Source: Octopus bimaculoides (taxonomy: Eukaryota). Taken from it: a stretch of 32,236 nt of DNA. Positions 10,288 through 20,424 of this stretch are shown here, one piece after another. Each line of letters begins with the position of its first letter. Position 1 is the stretch's first letter. The translations under genes and the position numbers were made by a program. Under the pieces are notes generated by a model. The model ran no database searches. It was not told the DNA's origin and was given only the letters and a program-made list of their open reading frames with translations. The stretch spans positions 21,751,975 to 21,784,210 of the forward strand of contig NC_068991.1 in NCBI RefSeq assembly GCF_001194135.2. Reading direction: 5' to 3'.

Positions 10288-10290
<3 letters not shown>
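10085..10290 (-). mobile_element. Family C SINE
   Basis: TTCTATCAACCCCAAAAGGATAAAAGGCAAAGTTGATCTCTGTGGAATTTGAACTCTGAATGT...CTAAGCATTTTGTC is the reverse complement of the family C body. Confidence 0.75.
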
Positions 10291-10328
<38 letters not shown>

Positions 10329-10331
<3 letters not shown>

Positions 10332-10620
10332 CTATTTGAAAATGATATCAGGCTTACCATCCCTACAGGAAGTGCAAAAAATCGTGTTAACTGGAACAAC
10401 TCATGTACTGAGAAGAGCATTATCGCTGTGAAAACAACATGCATTCATGAATTCTTTTTATTTATTAATTTTTTTTTTTTTTAATACATATTTTGCCTGT
10501 GAATTTGCGTGTGTAAATTGAGAATGCATACAATGAGCTTCTCTGCCCTAGGTGTACGGAAAACACTCGGCAATAACTAGAAGAAAATTTGAAGAAAGAA
10601 GAAAAAATAATAATAATAGT
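10329..10620 (+). mobile_element. R4/Dong-like non-LTR retrotransposon 3' end, flanked by (TAA)n on both sides
   Basis: 10333-10431 encodes YLKMISGLPSLQEVQKIVLTGTTHVLRRALSL*, homologous to the C-terminus at 31998-32100 (IQKIALLGTAHILRKTLSIQ*). About 13 AAT units lie 5' of it and AATAATAATAATAG lies 3'. Confidence 0.75.
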
Positions 10621-11094
10621 AACTAGTGAGACCCATGAATATTTTACGCAATTAATGATAAACCTATTGGGTTATTTCTGAAAACTCCATCCAAAAAACC
10701 TGAAAGCGTATCCTGTGTTGTGTCTGTATGGAAAGATAGTCACTCATCTACATCTCATTGAAAAGTGAAAGAAATTGGAATACAATGATTACTTAATGCA
10801 CTTTATATATACTCTTTATATATTTTATGCACAATTTTATAGACTTAATACACAACACTAATAAAATATATATTCACTCTTATTTTTCTATTTTTCCTGT
10901 AAACAAAAAAAAAATATATATATATATATATCCCACACATATGATACAACCTTTAGTGAAATTTGAAATTGCATATATCTGCCATGTAAATGAGCATGAA
11001 TATTTCACAGAATTTCACTTATGCACATGCATTAAATGACAGGTGATATAAAAACTTAGTTCAATTAAAAAAATACACTTTTCACTATCCAATC

Positions 11095-11230
11095 ACCACC
11101 ACCACCACCATCATCATCTCTCTTTCCCCCCTCTCTCTCTTTCTCCCTCTCTCTCCCTCTCTCTCTCTCTCCCTCTCTCTCTCTCTCTCTCCCTCTCTCC
11201 CTCCTCTCCCTCTCTCTTCCCGCTCTCTCT
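11095..11230. repeat. (CAC)n and (CT)n/(CCCT) polypyrimidine tract
   Basis: Seen directly. Confidence 0.9.
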
Positions 11231-11671
11231 GCTTTTCTTTAGCCTCACCATCAGAACATCACCCCTCTACTAAAATTCTATTTTTAACTCTCCTCCTCTA
11301 TATCATCACTACCTTCAGCTAACATTTTTAACCATGTAATAAATATTACATTCCTCCTACCTCACATCATGGGTGCTTCTCTCTCCCTCTTTTTCTTTCT
11401 CCATCTTTCAGTCTCACTCTTCACCTTATCCTCTTATCCTCTCTCCTTTTTCTTTCTTCTCTCTTTCTCTTCAACTAATCATATGAAAGTGTTACAATTA
11501 CATTCCCTCTACCTCACATCATGGACACTTCTCTCTCCCCTTTTCATTCTCTTTCTTTTTCTTTAATTATGTGAAAGCTTTACCAACAGGCTAAATAACA
11601 GAATGACAAGCAGAATTATTATAAGGTCATGATAATAATAATAATGATGATAATAATAATAATAATGATGA

Positions 11672-12082
11672 GACGCAGGAGTGGCTGTGTGGAAAGTAGC
11701 TTGGTTACCAACCACATGGTTCCGGGTTCATTCCCACTGCATGGCATTTTGGGCAAGTGTCTTCTACTATAGTCTCGGGCTGACTAAAGCCTTGTGAGTG
11801 GATTTGGTAGACAGAAACTGAAAGAAACACGTCTCATATATGTATATATATGTGTATGTATATACATATGTTTGCATTCTGTGTTTGTCCCACCAACATC
11901 GCTTGACAACCAATGGTGGTGTGTTTACGTCCCCGTAACTTAGAGGTTCAGTTTAAGACACCAATAGAATAAGTACTAGGCTTACAAAGAATAAGTCCTG
12001 GAGTTGATTTGCTCGACTAAAGGTGGTGCTCCAGCATGGCCACAGTCAAAATGACTGAAACAAGTAAAAAAGAGTAAAAGAG
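11672..12082 (+). mobile_element. Full-length family A tRNA-derived SINE
   Basis: Head GACGCAGGAGTGGCTGTGTGG, GGGCAAGTGTCTTCTACTATAG core, internal TA/TG microsatellite, tail CAGCATGGCCACAGTCAAAATGACTGAAACAAGTAAAAAAGAGTAAAAGAG. Confidence 0.9.
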
Positions 12083-12089
12083 TATAATA

Positions 12090-12612
12090 ATGATTTCTTT
12101 TATTTGCCACCAGGGCAAAGGATGAAGGGACAATACAAAAACAGATACAAAGCGTGAGGGTTTACATATGATGGAATGATAAACAAATAGTATACATAAT
12201 ATGCATTAGAAGGAGGAAAGAATACATAGTATATAACACTAGAAGAAAAGGGGGGAAAAAAAGTGACATTGATATCAGGTCCCCCTGATACAAGAGGATC
12301 TTTTGGGATAATTGAGGAACCCCACCATCCAATACCAAAGATGAGTGCCCTCTCTAACTCCTTTCTTCTGATTCACAAGTCTGCACTGTGAGTGGTACCA
12401 TTCACTCTTCCCATTTTCACAACTTCCACCCACCTTTTCATAAGTTCACTCGAGGACAGCACTTCCCTCTTCACCCTCACTTTCCTTTTCAAGTGAAACT
12501 TGAAAAAGTCGATGAGGTCTTTATCAAAATGGAATGTTTCTATCCTCACTTTTTTCAGCCTCGTCCACCAGACAAACTCTTTCTTCATAGCCACCAGACC
12601 AAGGAAAACTGC
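12090..12612 (-). mobile_element. Tx1/L1-clade-like LINE 3' end (ORF2 C-terminus plus 3' UTR)
   Basis: Minus frame KAVFLGLVAMKKEFVWWTR...DLIDFFKFHLKRKVRVKREVLSSSELMKRW...* has the A..K..VW.TR...F....W pattern of Tx1 ORF2 termini. The UTR ends AATAAAAGAAATCATTATTAT. Clade assignment is from recalled family patterns only. Confidence 0.6.
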
Positions 12613-12616
12613 CTTG

Positions 12617-12906
12617 CCTGCCTGCCCAAAGCCTTGCGAGTGGATTTGGTAGACGGAAACTGAAAGAAGCCCGTCGTATATATACATGTGCGTGTGTATA
12701 TCTGCATTTGTCCCCACCACCGCTTGACAACTGGTTTTGGTGTGTTTACGTCCTCGTAGCTTTGTAGGTCAATAAAAGAAACTGATAGAATAAATACCAG
12801 AATTAAAAAATAAGTACCGGGGATCGATTCGTTCGGCTAAAAAAAAAAATACTTGAAGGTGGTGCCCCAGCATGGCCGCAATCTACTGAGACAAGTAAAA
12901 GATAAA
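12617..12906 (+). mobile_element. 5'-truncated family A SINE
   Basis: CCAAAGCCTTGCGAGTGGATTTGGTAGACGGAAACTGAAAGAAGCCCGTCG ... GTAAAAGATAAAA. Confidence 0.85.
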
Positions 12907-13689
12907 ATAATTTAAATTCTAGGGTTGTCTCCCTTACTTTTTTCCCCTCCTCTCATTCAATTAGAATGTCACCTCCCACTTGGCTCATGACATGAAATGT
13001 TAGTTACCACGTTAACATTAAAGTAACAGTAAAGTATTGTAGGTTTTCTTTTTGTGCTTTAGAAATCAATACTTATATTCATGTATTCCGTTTTGATCAG
13101 CTTTTGCAATATTTTTCTTTTTGCTTTGCCTCAACGGCGTTTATTATTATTTTTTATTGTGAACACAACGTTATAAACGGACACATAAATGTTTTATAAC
13201 TCGTCTGTTTTACAATACATGTTTAACCATAATTAATAACAATCTCTTGTCCTACAACGTTAAGAATGAGGGCTACTACTTCAATATTAAAGTAATAATC
13301 AAAAACCGGCATTCATTTAAACGACTATACATTTTCGTCATTTTTTTTGTCTCATGTTTTTGCTATAAATCAATATTTATATACGACATGAATTCTAATT
13401 TGGCATTTAATTTTTTTCATTTTTACGAGTTGTTATCATATAGTTGATATACGAATTATAAATCCTTTATATTTTGCATACTTATTTCCATGAGCGCAGC
13501 ATGGTCAAATGGTTAAGCAATTTGTTCCATAATTACAAGGTCCAAGGTTTGATTTCATTGAGTGGCGTGTTGGGCAATTATAACGGAAACAATATTGATA
13601 GGACCTCGTTGGATGGGTGTCCAGTTTTGTTGCTCCCCATTAAAAATTACGTTGATACATGTATCTGTCGTATATTTAGCCATTTATAC

Positions 13690-13838
13690 CAAGCATGGGC
13701 AACCTTTTTCGAGAAGCGGAACGCATGAGATATTAACTCATAGTCATGTAGGCCGCACTACAAAAAACACTTCGAGATAATTTTTCCTTAGGTATACTAT
13801 TCAGAAAGTCCTGCGAGCCACAGGTTACCCACAACTCG
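13690..13838. mobile_element. Degenerate hAT-like MITE
   Basis: Left end CAAGCATGGGCAACCTTTT and right end GCGAGCCACAGGTTACCCACAACTCG resemble hAT/Charlie MITE termini. Flanks ATTTATAC and GTTTATCAC are an imperfect 8-bp TSD. Confidence 0.45.
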
Positions 13839-13976
13839 TTTATCACGCTAATGTAATAAGCCGGTAGTTCTCAGTTGATCGAAGAAGTAAATACTCATCG
13901 TCGACATCGACGGAAATTAATTTTACTTCATATCTTTGTCATTTACAATTATCTTAATCGTGCTATATTACTTTTG

Positions 13977-14235
13977 GGTAATCTTCAAGTTTAGGGGGAT
14001 AAAAAAAATAAATTGAAATATTCAAGGGAAGTAACTGAACGTCTTACCAGTATTCTCCGTACATCTCTGTTTATAAATAAATCACACACGTGATTTGATT
14101 GACGTTAGGATTAGGGTTAGGGTGTGATTTATTTATAAACAGCTAGAAGAAAACGGATAATACTGGTAAGTCGTTCAGTTATTTCCCTTGAATATTTTTA
14201 TTTATTTTTTTATCCCCCTAAACTTGAAGATTACC
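13977..14235. mobile_element. Foldback/Mutator-like (MULE) MITE with ~110-bp TIRs and 9-bp TSD
   Basis: Arms 13977-14087 and 14122-14235 are about 90% reverse-complementary (GGTAATCTTCAAGTTTAGGGGGATA.../...TATCCCCCTAAACTTGAAGATTACC). Exact TSD TTACTTTTG at 13968-13976 and 14236-14244. Confidence 0.9.
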
Positions 14236-14256
14236 TTACTTTTGTATAGATAGATA

Positions 14257-14623
14257 GAGTGGCTGTGTGGTAAGTAGCTTGTTTACTAACCACAGGGTTC
14301 TGGGTTCAGTCCCACTGCGTGGCACCTTGGGCAAGTGTCTTCTACTATAGCCTCGGGCCGATCAAAGCCTTGTGAGTGGATTTGGTAGACGGAAACTGAA
14401 AGAAGCCCGTCGTATATATGTATATGTGTTTGTCCCCCCAACATCACTTGACAACCGATGCTGATGTGTTTACGTCCCCGTAACCTAGCGGTTCGGCAAA
14501 AGAGACCGATAGAATAAGTACTAGGCTTACACAGAATAAGTCCTAGGGTCGATTTGCTCGACTAAAGGCGGTGCTCCAGCATGGCCACAGTCAAATGACT
14601 GAAACAGGTAAAAGAGTAAAGAG
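14257..14623 (+). mobile_element. Near full-length, CpG-rich family A SINE with ATAGATAG TSD
   Basis: Complete body and tail; ATAGATAG at 14250-14257 and 14624-14631. Confidence 0.9.
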
Positions 14624-15384
14624 ATAGATAGGAATCTCTTAGTATCTCTAATTCTGTTGCCTGTTGCGGCAGTTTTTATTAGTGTGAGTTATGCCCCTTG
14701 ATTCGGTCGCTTTCCTCACTTGTTAGTAAATAGATTGAAGCAATGTGACTTCTGCTAAGGCGAACGGGGAGCTGATGTAGGCTCGTTGTAGCAGACTTAA
14801 ACCTGAGCCACGGACACATAGCTGACATTCTCCTACAGGGTAAGCAGCAAATAAACACTTGTTTCTTTCATTCTGCATATTTTATACCTGACCGTCGTCC
14901 CGCTTTCTACACAGAATTCTGCTCTGCATCATTTCGTTAATTGATGAACTTTGTGTGAAAATAAATAAATAAATAAATAAATAATATACCAGGTGCTTCT
15001 TTCCGATCCTTCGTTTTATGTCTAGAATTGAGGAGCGCTGCCGCACTGTCACCTCTACCAACAACAACAACACCAATCGCAATATGAATGATAGTTGTAA
15101 CACATTTTCTATCGTTATCTTTAAATATGAAAGAGAAAAACCTCATCGATTGTTATTTTTTCATTTAAAAAAAATCTAATTTAGAACACACATAATTTCT
15201 TTTATCAACCCAGGACTTGGTATTTTAACATTAATCACTTTATTATATTTTTTCGATTCTCGTTTCAAAACATTTCATTTCGTTTACCGCAGTAATTTTT
15301 TTTTTCGGGAAAGGCATAAACATATTAATTCCTCATTCTGTGTATAGTAAATTAGGTATTTTTTTTTTTTCCAATGAAATTAGT

Positions 15385-15820
15385 ATTCTTTTTCCAAGTC
15401 GGAATAAATGCTTTGTGGTATTCCTCCCGACACTTTACGTTCTGAGTTCAAATTCGGCCGCGGCTAACGTAATAAGCACCAGTTGAGCACGGAGGTAATT
15501 TAATCGACTAGCCCCCCCCCCCATCAAATTTCAGGCCCCTTTTGCCTATTGCAGAAAGGATCGCCCTAGTGGCCAATAAATGAAATATTATTTATTATTA
15601 TTTAAGCGGCAAACTAGCAGAATCCTTGATGCATCAGACAAAATACTTAGCGGTCGTTTCTTGTCTTTTTTCTTTTCTATTCTTTTCGTTATGAGTTCAA
15701 ATCCAGCCACAGATCCTTTCGGGGTCGATAAAATAAGTACAAGTTAGAGCTCCAAGGCCGATGCTTTATCGACTCACTTCAAAATTGCTGGCCTTATGCC
15801 AAAAGTTATTATTATTATTA
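15385..15820 (+). mobile_element. Two tandem family C SINE copies
   Basis: TACGTTCTGAGTTCAAATTC...TAATCGACTAG...TTTCAGGCC..ATTATTATT, followed by GCGGCAAACTAGCAGAATC...CTTTCGGGGTCGATAAAATAAGTAC...ATTATTATT. Confidence 0.75.
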
Positions 15821-16194
15821 TTCCAAAACACTCTTAAGATCATGGGTGAATACAAAGGAGAGGGTTAACTGAAACGGTATTTTACGTCTTTTTGTGCCCC
15901 CTCTTACTCCTGAATAGGATTATAGATAAAAATGAAATACACGTTGCATATGTCTATTCTACTACCCAGGTGCGGCTCCGTTCATTCAGGTATAAGCAGG
16001 AGAGTATATACCCTATATCTCTGTACTTTTACTATCATGTTTGTGTTTTATTAGAAAAGCTGTTACTATTACTATCCTAGAAGATGGTGGTTCGACGGCA
16101 GAACAGTAGTGCGTCGGACTTAATGCATTACAAAAAATAAATTTTGCCCTTCAGCTCTCTGTGTTATCCTCCAAAATTTGCGATGTGTACTAAT

Positions 16195-16365
16195 ATAACA
16201 ATTGATAATGGTTTCTAATTATTGGCACAAGCCGGCAATTTTGAGGGGAAGAGATTCGTCGATACCATTGACCCCCACTACTTGATTGGCAATTTGTTTT
16301 ATCGACCCGGAGGGATGAAAGACAAAGATGACCTCGGCAGGTGTGGAACTGTAGAGATAAAGCCG
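16195..16365 (-). mobile_element. Family C SINE
   Basis: TTGGCACAAGCCGGCAATTTTGAGGGG...TTTTATCGACCCGGAGGGATGAAAGACAAAG.TGACCTCGGC in reverse orientation. Confidence 0.75.
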
Positions 16366-16416
16366 CCTGAAGCAAATTCACAACCTGACTTCGGTTTCGA
16401 TTTTTGACTAACTTAC

Positions 16417-16476
16417 GTAGCCAAGCTAGGCATCAACGTCACGACGCAATCTTTTATATCTCCCAGGAATCTGTGG
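16417..16476 (-). other. Candidate spliced exon (minus strand), possibly 5' UTR
   Basis: Strong donor TAC|GTAAGT at 16417/16416; TAG or CAG acceptors give 60 or 54 nt. A second candidate lies at 17165-17204 (TTTTAATTGCCCCAG|...CCTT|GTAAGT). Splice signals only. Confidence 0.2.
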
Positions 16477-16514
16477 CTACAACACTTAATCAAAAGAATT
16501 TTATTTTCCTCTTA

Positions 16515-16700
16515 TCGGCAGAATCATGAGAGCGTCGACAAAATTGCTTTGCGGTATATGTTACAGCTCTTTACGTACTGTATTCAAATAATGCTGAGCA
16601 CAGCTTTACGCCGATAAAGTAAAGTACCGGTCAAGTACTAGAGTCGATATTTAAGAACGTTTCCTTCTCCTCAAATTTCTGGCTTTGACCTTATTATTAT
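16515..16700 (+). mobile_element. Family C SINE, degenerate
   Basis: GGCAGAATCATGAGAGCGTCGACAAAATTGCTT...CCGATAAAGTAAAGTACC...TCAAATTTCTGGC...TTATTATTAT. Confidence 0.65.
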
Positions 16701-18276
16701 TTGACGATATAAAAATAATTAGAAAACGAAAAGTTCAGTTTAACAGTCCACTTTCGATTCCCAGTGGTGCTTACATAGCTAATGTGAAAACAGATAGATA
16801 GCTAGTGTGTGTGTGAATGAGAGAGAGAGAGAGAGAACACTGTTAGCAACTTTTAATTTTTCCTTCACTTTCGTTGTCAACTCTTTCTAAATGAATAAAC
16901 GTTTCAACCCTATCTTCACTCTTAAATCACTAGCTGCCATGAAAAAGGCGTATATGGATATCACATAATTCCATATATCGTCTGAGATAAAACCCGAAGC
17001 CTTGTGCATAGTAAGAAAGAAAAAGCAAAATCAATATTTGATAGAATCCCCCAAACCCCGCTTCGGTTAATATTGAATCTTGTTGCTGTTCTGGTACTTA
17101 ATCTCGCAGTTGTTATACTACATAACTGATGCGTATTACAGGAGGAAAAGCTTGGTTAACTTACAAGGCATGAATAAAATAACGATAACATTATTATTAT
17201 TCCACTGGGGCAATTAAAATGAACAAAACTATCGAGCATAAAAGATCTTAATAGAAATCGATGCTATAATTCAATTTTATTCATACAATATCGATAGAGT
17301 ATACAGTTTTGTGTATATAAGATAAAATGTAGAAGAAAATATGCCGCAAGAAGATCAAAAACAATATAGCGAGGGAGCATCTACGTGCCGTTCGATATGC
17401 TAGAAACAGCAGTCGAATCTCTCTTAAATAACCATAAAAAAACGACATATTGGATAATATCCGAGAAATATTGTCTGAGAAAAAGACTGGATAGTCGAAT
17501 ATGGAACGCTTTTGCCCATAGAGTTGATCTGGGTGTCCAAACATATTTTGCTGGCAAATCTTAACAATAGTAGAAAATGTGACACTTGTTAGCTTTGTTA
17601 TTTTGTGATATCGGTGTCTGTGTGTGTGTGAGAGAGAAAGAACTTGGTGGGTTTTTTTTACATATAGATTAAGTTTTTTTTCTTTCTTTCTTGCACATCA
17701 CACCTCATCACCGAAAAAATGGAAGCAGCTGAAAACTCAACAGCTTGAAAACAAAGTGAAAAAATACAGAATAGGGTGTTACTGAAGTGATAACATATAA
17801 AGATGTAATTCTTGTTTATAGAAAACACGGCAAAAATGAGGACATATGTCAATGGAATCGATAATCGTTCATTATTGATACTTCTTTTTATAGGCTATTG
17901 GAAGGTTAAATACAAAAGCTATCTGTAACATAATAGTTTTATTATTGCTATTATAATTTTCATACGCAACTCTACCAAGAGTGGTCGGCTGTGCGCGCGC
18001 GTCTATCGATGGTTATGCAGTTTATAGTTAAGTGTTGCGTCGCCCCACCTCCTCTCTTTTCGCTGTTCTCTCTCTCTGCTGTTGTAGATTTATTCATGCA
18101 TACAATTTCTATAGCAAAGTGCTATAAAAATGGTTTATTTCGAGCTGAATTATTACTCCCAGATATTGCTCCTTCCCCACCATGCATCATTCATACAACC
18201 ACTTCACTTCGCAGCCCCGCAAATCTTGCTTCATCCTTCTCTCTCTCTTTCTCTTTCAACACACACACATACACTT

Positions 18277-18325
<49 letters not shown>

Positions 18326-19216
18326 TTGTCGGGAGTTTGGCATTCACTTGTTCGAGGTTATCTTGTTTATTCTTCGTAAACAAGTACACATAACAACATG
18401 TGTATGTGCGCGCACGCGAACGTGTGTATGTGTGTGAAAAAGAGACAGAGAGAGAGAGAGAGGAAAAAATCAAAGAGACAAAGAGGCAATTTCGAAAAGA
18501 CTAGTTTCAAAATAACAGCAGCAGATTTCAGTCCAATCTCTGCGTGCTGTTGCGTATTTATTTGCGTGTGTCGCACGCACAGAAGACACTTAATTGCCCT
18601 TTCTCGCTCCCTCGTCGTGCGTCTTCCGTGTGCACTGCACGCAAACAAAACAAATTACACAAACACACGCGTCCATACATTGACGTTGGCAGAGCATATA
18701 TATACACACTGCTACTGTAGTTTGAAACTACTCTTGTCCGTGTCTCTCCTATATCCATCCCCCTCACTCTCTCTATCTTTCCATTATTTTCTCCTTCCTC
18801 TCTCTGATCCTGTGATCGATTGTTGGCAAGTGAGTGTTGACAAATGATCATGTTCATTGATTACCGAGCAACAGTATTCAATTAGTTATTTTGCTACTCC
18901 TGCACACACACTGTTTATATTTCATTCATCCTACAGTTTTTGTTTATATTCTCCCTCCACCTTTTCTAACTATTTTCACCGCAACTATTTTCGTTCTTTC
19001 TTTCTCCCTCTCTTTCTCTAACATATAAGTTGTTGGAGGAAGGTGTGTGTGTATATATATACACATAAATATGTATATACCCACCTCCCTCCTACAACTT
19101 ACCTTTGCTACTTCTCCCTCCCTCTTACTACCATCCCCTTACAACTCTATGGCTACTTCACTCTTCCCCCTCTCTCTTTCTCTCTCTCTCTTTCTCTATC
19201 TCTCTCTTTCTTTCTT

Positions 19217-19249
<33 letters not shown>

Positions 19250-19821
19250 AATTATTTCGTTCTCTACTACTATACCCTTTTACTATTACTCTGTCCTCTC
19301 GATGAGCGAACAGCAGGGACAGACGTAATCCTCGAGGCAGCTAAACGTGCTGGAAATGACAATCAAAATTTACAGATCACATTGCTATTTTAAGAAAGGA
19401 AGGACACACAAGGTAGCATGATCCTAGATGCACTACATCTGCAAATAAGATGGAATAGTCACTACAGAAATCATTGTTTACAACTTCAAGTTAAAACCGG
19501 TTCACTTCACTTCTGGTGTTAATATCAATGAGGAAAGAATTCCTGCAGCAACATTCTGTATCTCTCCTACTAGAAACATAAGTTCTTTTGCCTAGCCAAG
19601 AGAGGCTAAAGATAGGGGTTCGACAAAGTCATGAAGATATTGGAGTCAGTAGAGTGAATGTTAGACTAAATTACTTGTTCCTTTCCATTCTCTGTTCTGA
19701 GTTCAAATTCCACTGCTGCCCACACTGCAGTTCTATAAATACCTGTAACATTCTGTGGTGTTTCAAATGACTAAAGCACCCATAAAACATTGCAGCAGTT
19801 TTGTATAAATCCCATATTAAC

Positions 19822-20010
19822 TGTTGTTGTTTAAATTAGGTCAGCTTTGGTCAAGCAGAACTATAATCAAAAAGCTCTATCACCATCCCATATTAGCTTT
19901 TTGATTTCTGAGATTGCATCATGAGCTATAGATGGTAAGGTATAGTCTGAAGGTAATTTGGTTGCTATGTGTAGCAAGTTGTGTGACCACCTATAGGCTC
20001 CTTCACTGAT
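19822..20010 (+). repeat. Unclassified dispersed repeat (family D); other copies at about 23558-23760 and 25383-25590
   Basis: Shared start TGTTGTTTAA(CCC)TAGGTCAG and shared end (G/A)A(G/T)TTGG(C/T)TGCTATT...GACCA..TAGAGGCTCC across three loci. Confidence 0.5.
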
Positions 20011-20124
20011 TAAGGCACAAGGCTAAGGAATATTGGATTGAACCAACGTTATATTACTGGTATATATTATATTGAGTATTACAATGACAAAAGTTTGAGT
20101 TAACCCTTCAGGAATTTCATCATT

Positions 20125-20345
20125 TTAATGTCTACTTTTTCATGCTTGCATTGGTCAGATAGAATTTATTGCAGATTTTCTACAGCTGGATGCCCTCTCT
20201 CTCACCAACCCTAACCAGTTTCCAAGCAAGTTAATATTTCCCTATGAACAGACATGTTTTTGCAGATTATTAGAAACAAATGACACTGCTTGTAGGACAG
20301 TGAAATTAATTTAGATGCTTAACATGGTGTTAAGAAAAGGTGATG
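20125..20345 (-). mobile_element. RTE-tail-type short repeat
   Basis: TTTTCATGCTTGCATTGG...TTTTCTACAGCTGGATGCCCT...CACCAACC is the reverse complement of the RTE 3' terminal motif. Confidence 0.6.
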
Positions 20346-20424
20346 CAAACGTTCACACAAATGCATGCATACTTACATACATACATGCATGTGTATAAAT
20401 ACACACACAAGCATGCAACATGTT

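Larger units (their letters stand above)
12900..19340. promoter_or_regulatory. CpG-retaining domain, probable unmethylated promoter/5' regulatory region
   Basis: By eye about 14 CpG in 13681-13920 versus 1 in 25441-26000. SINE copies inside keep CpG (GGGGTCGATAA) where most copies outside show TpG/CpA (GGGGTTGATAA). CGCG-rich patches at 17990-18010 and 18405-18425 and a GCAA|GTGAGT donor at 18829/18830. Confidence 0.5.

Noticed and set aside
14088-14122. TTAGGG repeats as a chromosome end or telomere-healing site
   Set aside because: Only 2-3 units, and they lie inside a TSD-bounded transposon; reported as part of that element instead.
14772-14812. CTGATGT followed by a GGCTC/GAGCC stem, a possible hammerhead or C/D snoRNA
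   Set aside because: There is no GAAA or helix III, the core is not CUGAUGA, and the box spacing is too short for a snoRNA.
14882-15146. Minus-strand ORFs with a signal-peptide-like hydrophobic start
   Set aside because: The hydrophobic run comes from a (GTT)n repeat, one ORF starts at GTG, and there is no recognisable homology.
17281-17544. 87-aa minus ORF (MFGHPDQLYGQ...) that looks membrane-protein-like
   Set aside because: No recognisable motif or supporting splice structure; the F/I/L richness follows from the A-rich plus strand.
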